Positions 38,805 to 49,371 of a stretch of DNA of 64,000 nt are shown one piece after another. Position numbers and translations under genes: made by a program. Every line of letters starts with the position of its first letter. The stretch's first letter is position 1. This DNA is from Leptonemataceae bacterium. GTDB lineage: Bacteria > Spirochaetota > Leptospiria > Leptospirales > Leptonemataceae. The notes beneath the pieces are model-generated. The model saw only the letters and a list, made by a program, of their open reading frames with translations, did not search any database and was not told where the DNA came from. Where the stretch lies: positions 5,874,551-5,938,550 of the forward strand of contig OZ245742.1 of assembly GCA_965227295.1 (NCBI GenBank). Reading direction: 5' to 3'.

Positions 38805-39682
38805 TACCGGAGAGTAAATTTTTCTAACCGGGTTTGCTCTGATGAAGAACTCTCAGGACACTAAATCACCCGGTCTGAAGGTTCAGACCCCTGAGGCTAC
38901 CGCTCGACAATCATAAAGCAAGGATCAATGGAAGTTCCGCCTGGTAGACAAGGCCGCTCTATCCGGCAAAAGAAACACAAGTGTCAAACCAGAAATCGCC
39001 GATTGAATCTTGTTTTCGCAGCGGGCGTCCGGCAGGGGGGCGAAAGAGGGCCGCGGCTGTGAGTCTCACGGGCGGGGCTCCCGAGAACGCGCGCGATTTC
39101 GCCGCCCCGCTGCGAGTCTGACACGGTCCGCCCCGCGAACGCGCGCGCCGAGGCTACCGAACCTCGGCGCGCGCGCTCGCGGGCCTGTGTGGATTGTAGA
39201 CCGGAGATATGCGCGGATTTTCGAGCGGCTGCGGGCATGAAACGAGGGTCGATGACGTACAGTGAAGCTGTCCAGCAGAAATTCACAAAAACGGCCTCGG
39301 TGGATTTGTGGCCACAAAGGCGGAGCATTTGTCGAGGCGCGTGGTGCGGTCGGGGGACATCGCGCCGGCGGAAACCGGACGCATCCCGGGGTTCACGGCC
39401 GGCCGGCGGATCTGGCGGGCGGTGCGGCCTGGTGTGAATCCGGGGATTAAGAAAACCGGGGCGGTGGCGGTCGGATCGCGGGGGCCTCGCGCCGCGGACA
39501 GCCTTCGAAGCGGGGCGGCGCGGAAATCGGCCTGCCCGCGAGCGCCGCGCGCCTCGACAAATGCGAGGGGCGTGTGGCCACAAGAACGGAAGAGAGGTAA
39601 AGAACATCATCAGCGGCAAGGGAACCACGGACGACGGAATCAGAAAACTGTACAAGCTTGAGATGAAAAGAGACTAACTCGC

Positions 39683-39799
39683 GATCACGGAAGACGATCA
39701 CGGAAGACGATCACGGAAGACGATCACGGAAGACGATCACGGAAGACGATCACGGAAGACGATCACGCAAAGGAATCACGCAAAGGAATCACGCAAAGA
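39683..39799 (+). repeat. 13-bp tandem array, 9 units: 6x GATCACGGAAGAC plus 3x RATCACGCAAAGR
   Basis: Counted directly. Confidence 0.95.
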
Positions 39800-40100
39800 G
39801 GGCAAACATCAGATGAGGAACACTTAGAGATCCGGAGCGCCTGGCGTCGCCGGATTCAATGAGCTTGCCCGGGAGAAATCCGGCCGCTTTTCCGGGACGT
39901 GGATTCCAGCAATCGAAGACGTCGGTGCTAACTAATTTCGGCCGAATCCTAACCCCCGCCGCTCCAGCTCGTATTGGTTTTTCCAGGCAATCACGGGAAG
40001 TCGAAGTTCACAGCCAGCGCCGAGATTCCGCGCCGCGTTTCGTCGGCAACGCGTCTCTGCTTATCGCATGCTGCGCCTGGGAACCGCCGTATACAAATAT

Positions 40101-40141
40101 CCCATGCAGGCGAAAACCCACCGGGTCTTCGCCTGCATGGG
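40101..40141. terminator. Strong hairpin downstream of the czc/CDF genes
   Basis: CCCATGCAGGCGAA...TTCGCCTGCATGGG. Confidence 0.65.
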
Positions 40142-40242
40142 CGACAACGTTATCGCTCCTCTTCCCAGCCGTGAGCCTGCTGCGTGCTATGCGGTCGCGG
40201 CAATGTAACACCTGACAGGCCTCTATCCCTTCCTGCCCACCC

Positions 40243-41127
40243 TCAGTCATGACATGCCCTGTACTCTTGATCGCCCCAGTTTTTCTCGATTTGCAACGTA
40301 GTATGAGTAATCTTGAACTTTTCGTAGAGCCCTTCCCTTATCTCATACAACAGTTGATCGTCATGCTCCTCCGGAATGATAAGATGAGCAGTGAGCGCAA
40401 CTTCGGTGGTACTCAAGGCCCAGATATGCAAATCATGGACTTCTTTCACTGTCTTGAGCCCTTCAAGAAAGAGCCTTACCTGCTCATGATCAATATCTTC
40501 AGGAACTCCGTCGAGGGCCAGCCGTACCGATTCGCTCAAGAGTCCCCAGGTGCTGTAGGCAATCACAACGACAATGATCAAACCCAGAACAGGATCGATC
40601 CAGGTCGCGCCCGTGAACATGATCGCGAGGCCGCCCAATAGAACGCCAAGGGTAACACCGGCGTCCGCAGCCATGTGCAGGAACGCACCCTGGATATTCA
40701 GGTCACTTTTGCGATCTCGAAAAAACAGGAAGGCGGTGCCTGTATTTACGACGAGACCCATGGCGGCGACAATAAAGACAGTGATGCCCGGTACGTCCGC
40801 GGGCTGGCTGAATTTCTTGACAGCTTCCAGCACAATAAAGCCGGCGGCAAAGATTAAAATAATTCCATTGAACATCGAGGCCAGAATAGTTGCTTTCCGA
40901 AAGCCATATGTGTAATTCTTTGACGGACGTTGCCCGGCCAGCCACATCGCTGCCCAGGCCAGAATGAGACCAAAGACGTCCCCTGCGTTGTGCCCGGCGT
41001 CAGCCATCAAAGCCGTCGAATCGACCGAAAAGCCATAAGCAAATTCGACAATTACATAGATAGTGTTCAGAGCAATGCCGATAGCAAACGCCTTGCCGTA
41101 CTCCATGGATGAATGTGAATGAGTCAT
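40243..41127 (-). CDS. czcD: CDF family Zn/Co/Cd transporter
   Basis: ALMADAGHNAGD, LNIQGAFLHMAAD, VHDLHIWALS, HTTLQIE. Confidence 0.9.
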   Translation of the reverse strand: MTHSHSSMEYGKAFAIGIALNTIYVIVEFAYGFSVDSTALMADAGHNAGDVFGLILAWAAMWLAGQRPSKNYTYGFRKATILASMFNGIILIFAAGFIVLEAVKKFSQPADVPGITVFIVAAMGLVVNTGTAFLFFRDRKSDLNIQGAFLHMAADAGVTLGVLLGGLAIMFTGATWIDPVLGLIIVVVIAYSTWGLLSESVRLALDGVPEDIDHEQVRLFLEGLKTVKEVHDLHIWALSTTEVALTAHLIIPEEHDDQLLYEIREGLYEKFKITHTTLQIEKNWGDQEYRACHD

Positions 41128-41146
41128 CAGCCGCCCCCAATTAAGT

Positions 41147-41953
41147 TCAGTTAGCTAATTTTAGAATCCGTGTTGCTCCGCGAAAAACAACGGCAAACAC
41201 GATCGCGCCCACGACCAGATCCGGCCATTTGCTTTCCAGCCAGTAGACGAGAAGTCCGGCGAGGATGACCCCGCCGTTTACAATAATGTCATTCGACGTA
41301 AAGATCGCGCTGGCCTGCATATGGGCTTCTTTGCTTCGTGCTTTCGTTATTAGCCAGAGTGAGACAACATTCCCCAGGAGGGCCACGCACGAAACGAGGA
41401 TCATCCACCGAAAGAGCGGCGTATCACCTTCGCCAAAAAACCTTCTCACGACTTCCGAAAAACCCAGAATCGCCAGGCTTATTTGAAAATAACCGCTAAT
41501 CTTCGCGACTTGCTTCTGTCGAGACGCCGCCGCCCCAACGGCCATGAGGCTCAGGCCGTATACAATCGAATCGGCGAGCATATCGAGGGAGTCGGCGATC
41601 AATCCCAGCGAATTGGAAATCCAACCGGCGAGCATTTCCGCAATAAACAACGTAAAGTTTATGCCCAGAACAGACCACAGAATACTTTTCTGGCGAACAG
41701 GGCCGGAATTAAGCAACGGCAAATCAGACGCAGAAGTATCTTGAAGCTCGTCCTGCAGGTCCAGCTCACTGATGGCCTGCTGAATGGGCAGCACGTCCCC
41801 GGTGTAAAAGACTTCCAGCGTCCGCGCCGGAATGTCAAACTCAAGACGCCGCACCCGGTCAAAACCGGCCAGCTTCATGCGAATCATTTGCTCCTCGGAC
41901 AGGCAATCCATCTGGCGAATGATAAACTTGCTTTTTTGGACACGATCAGTCAT
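41147..41953 (-). CDS. Cation-efflux (CDF-like) transporter with an N-terminal HMA-like domain
   Basis: MDC.SEE N-domain; ADSLDMLAD, IFTSND, WPDL. Confidence 0.82.
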   Translation of the reverse strand: MTDRVQKSKFIIRQMDCLSEEQMIRMKLAGFDRVRRLEFDIPARTLEVFYTGDVLPIQQAISELDLQDELQDTSASDLPLLNSGPVRQKSILWSVLGINFTLFIAEMLAGWISNSLGLIADSLDMLADSIVYGLSLMAVGAAASRQKQVAKISGYFQISLAILGFSEVVRRFFGEGDTPLFRWMILVSCVALLGNVVSLWLITKARSKEAHMQASAIFTSNDIIVNGGVILAGLLVYWLESKWPDLVVGAIVFAVVFRGATRILKLAN

Positions 41954-42326
41954 AGGAGTCAACTCCTGCCTGCTCAAGAACGGCGACGAGATCCGCTTCG
42001 ATTTTCATATGTTGTAGCGCAGGCACATTCGCCCCGCCCGTGTTCCCGGTCGGATAATTGTTCACAAAGGACATCGCTCCGCCGACCAACAAGCGCGGGA
42101 TTTGCCCGATCACTTCTTTCGCGTTTCGATTGCGCAGACCGAAAACCAGCATTCGCCAGTGCACATAAGTGTGCTGCCAGGGATAGGCCTGCCCGATGAT
42201 ATGCGCTCGTTCGAGGTGACGCCACGCGGCGGGCGAATCGCCGGCCGCAAGCTGCTTGCGATACTCCTCAAGTTCGCTCTGAAAATAAGGCCGCAGGCCG
42301 GCCGGCATTCTTGTATTGAATCTCAT
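41946..42326 (-). CDS. DUF3703-like protein
   Basis: AWRHLERAHIIGQ, H..VHW.ML, PTGNTGGANV. Confidence 0.8.
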   Translation of the reverse strand: MRFNTRMPAGLRPYFQSELEEYRKQLAAGDSPAAWRHLERAHIIGQAYPWQHTYVHWRMLVFGLRNRNAKEVIGQIPRLLVGGAMSFVNNYPTGNTGGANVPALQHMKIEADLVAVLEQAGVDSYD

Positions 42327-42345
42327 ACACTTCTCCTTTACGCAG

Positions 42346-45300
42346 TTATTCTACATGGCTTTGCGGATCGCCGTCCCGATGCAGCCATGAGTAGGCCAGC
42401 GGAAGTAATGCGAGCGTTGCCACGGTGGCCGTAAAGATCCCACCGACGACGACTGTCGCGAGCGGGCGCTGGACCTCGGCCCCCATTCCCGTCGCCAGCA
42501 TCATCGGGAAAAAGCCGAGGATGTCCGTAAACGCCGTCATCAACACCGCTCGCAAGCGCAGTGCGGCTCCGCGTCGAATCAAAGCGTTACCATCACTTTC
42601 TCCGCCGGCACGCAATTCATTGTAGAAGTTCACAAGGACGACCCCGTTCAGAACAGCAATCCCCGACAGAGCAATCAGACCGACGCCGGCGGAAATGCTG
42701 AACGGTAGTCCCATCAGCTGCAGGCTAACGGCGCCTCCGGCCAGAGCGAAGGGCACCAGCGCGAAGATCAACACGGTCTGTTTTACGCTACGGAAGGCCG
42801 AAAAAATCATAAACGCGACAATCAATAAAGCCAGCGGTGCGACAATCAACAGGCGACTGCGCGCCTGCTCTAGATTGCGAAAGTTTCCGCCCCATTCCAG
42901 AAAGATTCCTTCCGGCAACCGCACCTTCGTTTCGATCGCACGCTGTGCGTCCTCGACGACGCTGGCCGTATCTCTGCCGCGCGGGTTTATCAACACGGCG
43001 GTGCGGCGCCGGGCGGACTCACGTTTAATCATGTCGAAGGCGTCGACGAATTCGATGCGTGCCAGAGAATGTAGCGGCGCCGTAAGGTTGTCCGCCACGC
43101 CGACCGGCAGATTGTAGATCGTCTCGAAGGAGCGCCGGGCATCGCCGTCCAGACGCAGCACGACGGGAAAACGTCGTACGCCGCGATAGAGATAGCCGAC
43201 CTCGGTCCCACCCAGAGCCAGTTGCACCGTATCCAGAACTTCGTGCGCCGGGACGCCGAATTGACGCAGGCGCTGTAGGTCCGGAGTTACGCTGAGAATC
43301 GGAGACTTGCCCTGAAGTTCCGCTTCGACGTCGCCCGCGCCCGGAACGGAGGAAATCGCCGCGACGAGTTGCTCGCTGACCGATTGCAGTTCGTCGAGAT
43401 CTTCGCCGTAGACCTTGAGCGCGACGTCGGCCCGCGCGCCCTCCATTAATTCGTTGAAGCGCAGCTGAATGGGCTGACTCATCAGAATGCGCTGGCCGGG
43501 GATTTCCGCTTTCAGGCGCGCGGCCAGTTCTTCGCGTAGTTCGTCCGGCGTTCGGGGACGACCCGTATCCGGCACGACCGTCCAGTCCTCCGGAGCCTTG
43601 AGCATTACGATCGTATCGGCGGTGTTCACGCCCATTGGGTCCGTCGCGATTTCCGCGGTACCGATTCGCGAGAATACCCGGTGAACCTCAGGAAACTCTT
43701 TGATCAAATTCTGGGAAATCCTTTCCAGTTCGATCGAACGATCGATGCCGACCGTCACCGGGCGTACAAACTGCACGGCGATAGAACCTTCGTAAAGCCG
43801 CGGAATAAATTCGCTGCCGGCGCGCCAGAGCAGTAAGGCCCCGAGACCCGGTACGATCAGCGACGAGGCGAGAATTGGTCCGCGATAGCGGATCAGGAAA
43901 GTGAGCAAACGCTGATAGAGGGCTTCCAGCCGCTGCATCAACCAGTGCGGGCGGGCGCGCCGCCGGCCTGACAGGAGCGCCCCGGCGAGAGCCGGAACCA
44001 GCGTGAACGATAGCACGAAGGCGCAAAACAGTGCGAATACGAAAGCGATCGCCATAGGCCGGAACATTTTGCCTTCGATGCCGGTCAACGTCAGAATCGG
44101 AATGAATACAATCACGATAATCAACTGACCGAAACCGGCGGCGTTTCGAATCTCCACGGCCGCGTCGGCGACGACTTCGCGAACTTCCGGGCGGCTCAGG
44201 GTTCGGCCGAGCTCCTCTCCGCGTGCTTCCACCCGCTGCATACAGTTGTCGATAACGATCACCGCTCCGTCGATGATGATGCCGAAATCCAGAGCGCCGA
44301 GTGACATCAGGTTGGCCGAATAGCCCGCCGCATCCATCAACGCCAGAGTACCCAGCATAGACAGCGGAATTACAAAGGCGCTGATCAACGCGGCGCGAAA
44401 ATTACCGGTCAGCACGAACAACACCACGATCACCAGCGCGGCGCCGAATATAAGATTTTCCCGCACGGTGGAGATGGTCGCGTCGACCAGCTCGGAACGA
44501 TCATAAAGAATTTCAAGTTCCGCCCATTCCGGCAGATCGACCGCTATCGCTTCCAGCCGTGCGGCGGCGTCGGCGGCGACAGCGCGACTGTTCTCTCCAA
44601 GCAGCATGAAGACGGTGCCAAGCACGCCTTCCTGTCCATCGATCACCGCCGCCCCCGTGCGCAGCTCGCGGCCCGGCCGCACAACGGCGACATCACCGAC
44701 CGTGACCACCGTGAGATCCGGCAGGGTGGCCACGGGCAGCGCCCGAATCTGATCCAATGAGCGAAAAACACCGTCGGCCTGCACCAGAAATTGTTCGGCA
44801 GTTTGCTGGACGTAAGCTCCGCCGGTGTTCTTGTTGCTCGCCTTGAGTGCCGCAGCGAATTCGTCGATGTGCAGACCGAAACGCGCCAGACGCGCCGGGG
44901 ACGGCTGCACATGATATTCTTCTGGATAACCGCCGATCGTATTTACCTCAGCGACGCCCCGCGTCTGAAGTAGCCGCGGCTTAATGTCCCATTCTTGCAG
45001 TGTGCGCAGGTCCATTAATTGCCGCAGACGTTGATCGGAATCCTCGGCGGGTTCTTTCGCGCGCACGGTATAATGGAGGATTTCGCCCAATCCCGTCGAG
45101 ATCGGGCCGAGGCGCGGCTGCACGCCCTCGATCAATTCCACGGACTGGAGTTGTTCGGAGATCAATTGTCGCGCCCGATACAGATCTGTGCCTTCTTCGA
45201 ACTCCACGGTAACCTGAGAAAGGCCGTAGCGCGTGATTGAACGAACGCCGGCCACGCGCGGAATCGTGCGCATCGCGTTTTCGATCGGATAGGTCACATT

Positions 45301-45537
45301 CATTTCAGCGGTCTCCGGCGTGAGCGCCGGCACCGCCGTGTTGACCTGCACCTGCACATTGGTAATATCCGGCACGGCGTCGATGGGAATGGAATAGAAC
45401 GCGGCGACGCCGGCCAGAATCAGGCACAACGTTCCAACGTATACGAACGCCGGAGTGTAGACAGATCGACGAATCATCGTGTCGAGAAAATTTCCGGCCG
45501 ACCCGGCGCCGGGAGTAGATGGGGATGATGGAGACAT
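42346..45537 (-). CDS. czcA: CzcA-type heavy-metal RND efflux pump
   Basis: DAVPDITNVQVQVNT, LGPISTGLGEI, LGALDFGIIIDGAV, GAEVQRPLATVV. Confidence 0.92.
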   Translation of the reverse strand: MSPSSPSTPGAGSAGNFLDTMIRRSVYTPAFVYVGTLCLILAGVAAFYSIPIDAVPDITNVQVQVNTAVPALTPETAEMNVTYPIENAMRTIPRVAGVRSITRYGLSQVTVEFEEGTDLYRARQLISEQLQSVELIEGVQPRLGPISTGLGEILHYTVRAKEPAEDSDQRLRQLMDLRTLQEWDIKPRLLQTRGVAEVNTIGGYPEEYHVQPSPARLARFGLHIDEFAAALKASNKNTGGAYVQQTAEQFLVQADGVFRSLDQIRALPVATLPDLTVVTVGDVAVVRPGRELRTGAAVIDGQEGVLGTVFMLLGENSRAVAADAAARLEAIAVDLPEWAELEILYDRSELVDATISTVRENLIFGAALVIVVLFVLTGNFRAALISAFVIPLSMLGTLALMDAAGYSANLMSLGALDFGIIIDGAVIVIDNCMQRVEARGEELGRTLSRPEVREVVADAAVEIRNAAGFGQLIIVIVFIPILTLTGIEGKMFRPMAIAFVFALFCAFVLSFTLVPALAGALLSGRRRARPHWLMQRLEALYQRLLTFLIRYRGPILASSLIVPGLGALLLWRAGSEFIPRLYEGSIAVQFVRPVTVGIDRSIELERISQNLIKEFPEVHRVFSRIGTAEIATDPMGVNTADTIVMLKAPEDWTVVPDTGRPRTPDELREELAARLKAEIPGQRILMSQPIQLRFNELMEGARADVALKVYGEDLDELQSVSEQLVAAISSVPGAGDVEAELQGKSPILSVTPDLQRLRQFGVPAHEVLDTVQLALGGTEVGYLYRGVRRFPVVLRLDGDARRSFETIYNLPVGVADNLTAPLHSLARIEFVDAFDMIKRESARRRTAVLINPRGRDTASVVEDAQRAIETKVRLPEGIFLEWGGNFRNLEQARSRLLIVAPLALLIVAFMIFSAFRSVKQTVLIFALVPFALAGGAVSLQLMGLPFSISAGVGLIALSGIAVLNGVVLVNFYNELRAGGESDGNALIRRGAALRLRAVLMTAFTDILGFFPMMLATGMGAEVQRPLATVVVGGIFTATVATLALLPLAYSWLHRDGDPQSHVE

Positions 45538-45575
45538 GATATACCTCAGTCTTTCTAACTTTCCTTAGAGGGAGA

Positions 45576-46184
45576 TTAGTGTCCGTGACCGGAGCCGGTG
45601 GCGCCGAACGCAGTCAGATAGGCCAGGTGCAGCAGCGCCGCCCCGGAATGAACGAGTTCCGCTGTGGCCGGCGGCAGGCCGGGTCGCAGGCGTATGCGCC
45701 GTGCGCTGCCGTCACTCCCCGACACGGAAACTTCGAATTGCCGTATACGATTGCGAGAGCGCAGATACACGAAAATCCGGCGTTCCGAAAAAACCAGAGA
45801 CTTCTCCGGCACGAGGAATTCCTCGCCACTGACTGCATACTTCTGTAGCGGAGCGAAACCGAGGCGCAGACGGCCGATAGCCGCCGGTGCGAGCTCGATA
45901 CCTTCGACTTCGTCCGCGAACACCACGGCCATTTCGGGGCCGGCTGTCATGGCCTCGCCATGTTCGCCATGTTCGCCATGTTCGCCATGTTCGCCATGTT
46001 CGCCATGTTCGCCATGTTCGCCATGTTCGCCATGTTCGCCGTGCTCGCCGTGCTCGCCGTGCTCGCCGTGCTCGCCGTGTTCGCCGTGTTCGCCGTGTTC
46101 GCCGTGCTCGCCGTGCTCGCCGCCGCATGCGGCCAGAGCGCTACAGAGCAAAAGCGTCAAAACAACCACTTTAGAATATTCCAT
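45576..46184 (-). CDS. Short adaptor-position lipoprotein with a (GEH)18 tract
   Basis: Lipobox LAAC; lies between czcC and czcA; ATG at 46184 overlaps the TolC stop. Confidence 0.75.
   Translation of the reverse strand: MEYSKVVVLTLLLCSALAACGGEHGEHGEHGEHGEHGEHGEHGEHGEHGEHGEHGEHGEHGEHGEHGEHGEHGEHGEAMTAGPEMAVVFADEVEGIELAPAAIGRLRLGFAPLQKYAVSGEEFLVPEKSLVFSERRIFVYLRSRNRIRQFEVSVSGSDGSARRIRLRPGLPPATAELVHSGAALLHLAYLTAFGATGSGHGH
45960..46121 (-). repeat. 18 x 9-bp coding tandem repeat (Gly-Glu-His)
   Basis: Plus strand: 9x ATGTTCGCC, 4x GTGCTCGCC, 3x GTGTTCGCC, 2x GTGCTCGCC. Confidence 0.95.
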
Positions 46185-47490
46185 CGCCTTCGACCTCCGA
46201 TAAGAGTCGTCCGTCGATAACGTAAATCGACAGCAAAGCCAGTAGCGCGGCATCCTCACGTTCGTGATACTCATGTACGTATTCGATCATGCCGCGATGA
46301 AACTCGATCACCGTAGCCGCCGAAACTCGCCCGCGGGCTATGGCGGCACGCACCTGCCTGTGTTGGATTTCGAGGGCCGCAAACGACAGGCTGCGCTGCA
46401 GGGCGCGGCGCGCACCGGTATACTCGCGGAGCAAACGGTCTCGCTCCAACTGGAGGCGATCCTGAACGGACGCCGCGCGGGCCTGCTCCGCGGCAACGGC
46501 AGCACGGGCCGCGTCCCGGCCGCCTTCGTTGGTATGGTAAAGCGGCAGTGTCATGCGAAAGCTGAGTCCCAGTTCCGCCTCGGAAGACGAAGTCGAGCCG
46601 CCGAAGATGCCTCCCGACGGTATCCGACCGCGCCGGTACTCCAGAGCCGGGCCGATGCTGAGGTTCGGATACGCTTCCGCATCTTCTTGTTGCATCGCTG
46701 CTCGCGCGCGCGCAACTCGCTCGCGGGCGAGCCGCAATTCGGCCGCCTTGTCTTCTGTCGGCGGCTCCTGTAGCGTCGCGGCCACCGGCCAGCGCGGTTC
46801 GGGTATGCTTGCGGCGACCTGTGCGAAATCCGTGGCGGGAAGGCCGGTGGCGTAGCGCAATTCAATGACGAGTCGGTCTCGCTCCGCGTTAAGATGATCG
46901 ATGCGCATACGAACCCGGGCGAGAGCTACTTCGTAGCTTGCGCGACTCGCCTGCTGTTCGCCGCTCAACGCAGGTCGACGGCTGTACTTCGATACGGCGT
47001 TACCAAAGGCACGCTCCGCTTCTCGTAGATGACCGATCTCGTCCGCGAGATGCCGGAGACTATGAAGCCGTAGAGCGCTCTCGATGACGATCTCCATGCG
47101 ACGCAGCTCCAGGCGGCTGCGGGCCAGAGCAAGGTTCTGCTCCGCCACATCCATGCGGGCCGCACGTTTACCTGCCGTCTCAAACGTATGTTCAAATGAA
47201 GCTTCGGCCGTAAACGAATCCGGGCCGCCCAGCACACGCGAACCCAGTTCCGGGTTCGGATTCTGTTTCGCACGATCGACTTCGGCGGCGTACCGCTTCA
47301 ATTCGACCGTCGCCGCCTGCAATTCGGGGTTGTGTTTCATTGCGCAACGCAGCACTTCGTTCGCGGTGCTTGCTCGACATTGCGTAGCATTTGTCTTTAC
47401 CATATCGTCCGCTCGCAAGATTTCGGGTGCGGCGCTGAACGCGGCCCAGAATACGGCGGGGACAACAAACGCGTTCCAACGCATTCGCAT
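46171..47490 (-). CDS. czcC: CzcC/TolC-family outer membrane factor
   Basis: Signal peptide, NPEL, PNPEL, ET.GKR.AR, YPNLSIG, LPLY. Confidence 0.82.
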   Translation of the reverse strand: MRMRWNAFVVPAVFWAAFSAAPEILRADDMVKTNATQCRASTANEVLRCAMKHNPELQAATVELKRYAAEVDRAKQNPNPELGSRVLGGPDSFTAEASFEHTFETAGKRAARMDVAEQNLALARSRLELRRMEIVIESALRLHSLRHLADEIGHLREAERAFGNAVSKYSRRPALSGEQQASRASYEVALARVRMRIDHLNAERDRLVIELRYATGLPATDFAQVAASIPEPRWPVAATLQEPPTEDKAAELRLARERVARARAAMQQEDAEAYPNLSIGPALEYRRGRIPSGGIFGGSTSSSEAELGLSFRMTLPLYHTNEGGRDAARAAVAAEQARAASVQDRLQLERDRLLREYTGARRALQRSLSFAALEIQHRQVRAAIARGRVSAATVIEFHRGMIEYVHEYHEREDAALLALLSIYVIDGRLLSEVEGDGIF

Positions 47491-47604
47491 AGGTTTTCTC
47501 CAGTTCGTTTAATTCATACGACCGCGCACGACAACGGGTTGCGGTTGATGCTTGCGCCCCGGAAGACGGATCCAGGGCGACGAGACTGTATTTCCAGCGT
47601 CAGG

Positions 47605-48054
47605 TTAGAGAGGGGGAGCGCGGGGTGAGGTTGCTGTACGATAAAGTGAGAAGGGCGGCAAAGATGCCGCGATGAGAACCGTTCGAGCGCTAATCGTATG
47701 CACGACCGGCAAGCCTGGATACGTAGCGCAGCCGGACGCAACGGGACTCTGGGCCGGAGTGCCCGTGTCGGCGTCCGCGCGATTGAGAGCGGCGATACCG
47801 AGGGTTTCCAGCACATGCTCGACTGGTGCTTCGGAAGGAGTCGCCGGACTTTCATGGCTTACGCAGGCCGGCTCGCTGTGAACGGGAGCTATATGGGCGG
47901 CAGGACCGTGCGTGCTGCCATGATGGCAGTGCAGACCTATAAAGGATAAGGCCAGAGCCCATCCGAGGTGCAGAACCAACAGACGAGCGGCAATCGACTG
48001 TGACCTCATTCCCCCCACGAAAGAAAGCTTCCCTGGATTAACCGCGTATGTCAA
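47605..48054 (-). CDS. Hypothetical His/Cys leader protein upstream of czcC (start uncertain)
   Basis: TM segment, HCHH, ends in PRAPP. Confidence 0.45.
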   Translation of the reverse strand: MTYAVNPGKLSFVGGMRSQSIAARLLVLHLGWALALSFIGLHCHHGSTHGPAAHIAPVHSEPACVSHESPATPSEAPVEHVLETLGIAALNRADADTGTPAQSPVASGCATYPGLPVVHTISARTVLIAASLPPFSLYRTATSPRAPPL

Positions 48055-48338
48055 CTATAAGATTCGGATGCAAATCGTGAAATTTTCGTTCTGGAGAAGC
48101 AGATAGGAACCCATGGTTGCCGCCAACAACTAATTTATCGGGATCGAGTCTGCGTCCTCCATAGCTGCCCGTTGCTCCAATCGAGTTCGATGTCAAGTAA
48201 AGACGAGCCCGTATTGCGCGGCTGCATGCTAACTTCAGTCTCTGTTCAAACTCTTGCGATCCTTAGTCCCCTTTATCATCCCGCAAGAATCCGACCTGTG
48301 GTTCGTGACGGAAAACACTGCGTCTGAGAGGGAAGCAA

Positions 48339-48770
48339 ATGATTGGCATTCAGAGAATCATCTTGAGCCACGAGGACCTGGCAGCTCTGCATCGCCACGA
48401 GCCCATCCGCGTGGAGCACGTAGAGTATGCACCGTTGGTGATTGAATTCCTGGGCAAAGGCCCCACGGATCGTTTTGCCATCGGTGTTTCGCAGTTCGTT
48501 CCGTACGGCGACAGCGGTCGCTTGCTCTGCGATCGTGAAAAGGGGTTCGAAATCTCGGCGAACGACGAGTGGCTGCTGTTAACTTTCGAGCCAAACCACC
48601 GGCGAACTCAAGGAAGTCTATACACCCGTACGGCTTCCGAGGTCGTCGCGATTGAGTTCCCTATTAAAGAGGGACCGCAAGTTATTTGTGGAGCTTCAGC
48701 AAGTCGCCTACGAGTGGGAGTAGGAAATCCGGCGCGCCGACTACCCCGGAGCGCTGAAAAAAGCCTGTAG
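48339..48770 (+). pseudogene. Possible degraded DUF6908-like plasmid/ICE protein
   Basis: IRVE..EY.PLVIE.LG.GP...I.VS....G.L..D.E..FE resembles DUF6908 from memory; the C-terminus appears to shift frame (ELQQVAYEWE*). Confidence 0.35.
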
Positions 48771-49029
48771 TACCCGCTGTTCAATGATCTCGACAAACAG
48801 GAGGCAGAGGCATGAGGGACCCGGGACGAAATCCTGTACAGTATCGCGTCGGCATCAGCGACGCGATGCGGAACGAAGTTCGAGCGCGTTTCGAAAACAC
48901 TTCGCAGCACATCCATAATGTCATCGCGGCCGATTTTCGCAATCGTCCCCCGCTCATCGACTTGATCGGAAAGCCGCCGGAGAGGGTCTCGGTTGATGAC
49001 GGCTGGGAAGAGGAGCGATAACGTTGTCG

Positions 49030-49070
49030 CCCATGCAGGCGAAGACCCGGTGGGTTTTCGCCTGCATGGG
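49030..49070. terminator. Strong hairpin after short ORF 48812-49021
   Basis: CCCATGCAGGCGAA...TTCGCCTGCATGGG; inverted twin at 40101-40141. Confidence 0.65.
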
Positions 49071-49371
49071 ATATTTGTATACGGCGGTTCCCAGGCGCAG
49101 CATGCGATAAGCAGAGACGCGTTGCCGACGAAACGCGGCGCGGAATCTCGGCGCTGGCTGTGAACTTCGACTTCCCGTGATTGCCTGGAAAAACCAATAC
49201 GAGCTGGAGCGGCGGGGGTTAGGATTCGGCCGAAATTAGTTAGCACCGACGTCTTCGATTGCTGGAATCCACGTCCCGGAAAAGCGGCCGGATTTCTCCC
49301 GGGCAAGCTCATTGAATCCGGCGACGCCAGGCGCTCCGGATCTCTAAGTGTTCCTCATCTGATGTTTGCCC

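Larger units (their letters stand above)
38992..40172 (-). repeat. Inverted copy of 48999-49962: IS left end, first 217 bp of the module and its upstream region
   Basis: Reverse-complement match apart from a 243-bp extra segment and two fewer 13-bp units (1181-243+26=964). Confidence 0.92.

Noticed and set aside
38872..38889. Palindrome GGTCTGAA-GG-TTCAGACC
   Set aside because: A real dyad but a single copy with no assignable regulator; the resemblance to the GGTCTACA IR core is too short to count.
38984..39655. 223-aa ORF as an independent gene
   Set aside because: It is the upstream transposase frame in the inverted partial copy, cut before the Zn ribbon and largely low-complexity.
39683..39799. 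13-bp arrays (also 49372-49514) as CRISPR
   Set aside because: Units are contiguous with no unique spacers, are too short, and no cas genes are present.
39859..40215. ORFs 39859-40215 and 48608-49312 as genes
   Set aside because: They share an N-terminus only because of the inverted repeat, run through a terminator-like hairpin and show no motifs.
45960..46121. 9-bp repeat as a non-coding array, and its alternative-frame ORFs (MFA, SPC, RHV repeats)
   Set aside because: Best explained as the GEH tract of a lipoprotein in the czc operon; the other frames are open only because the unit has no stop codon.
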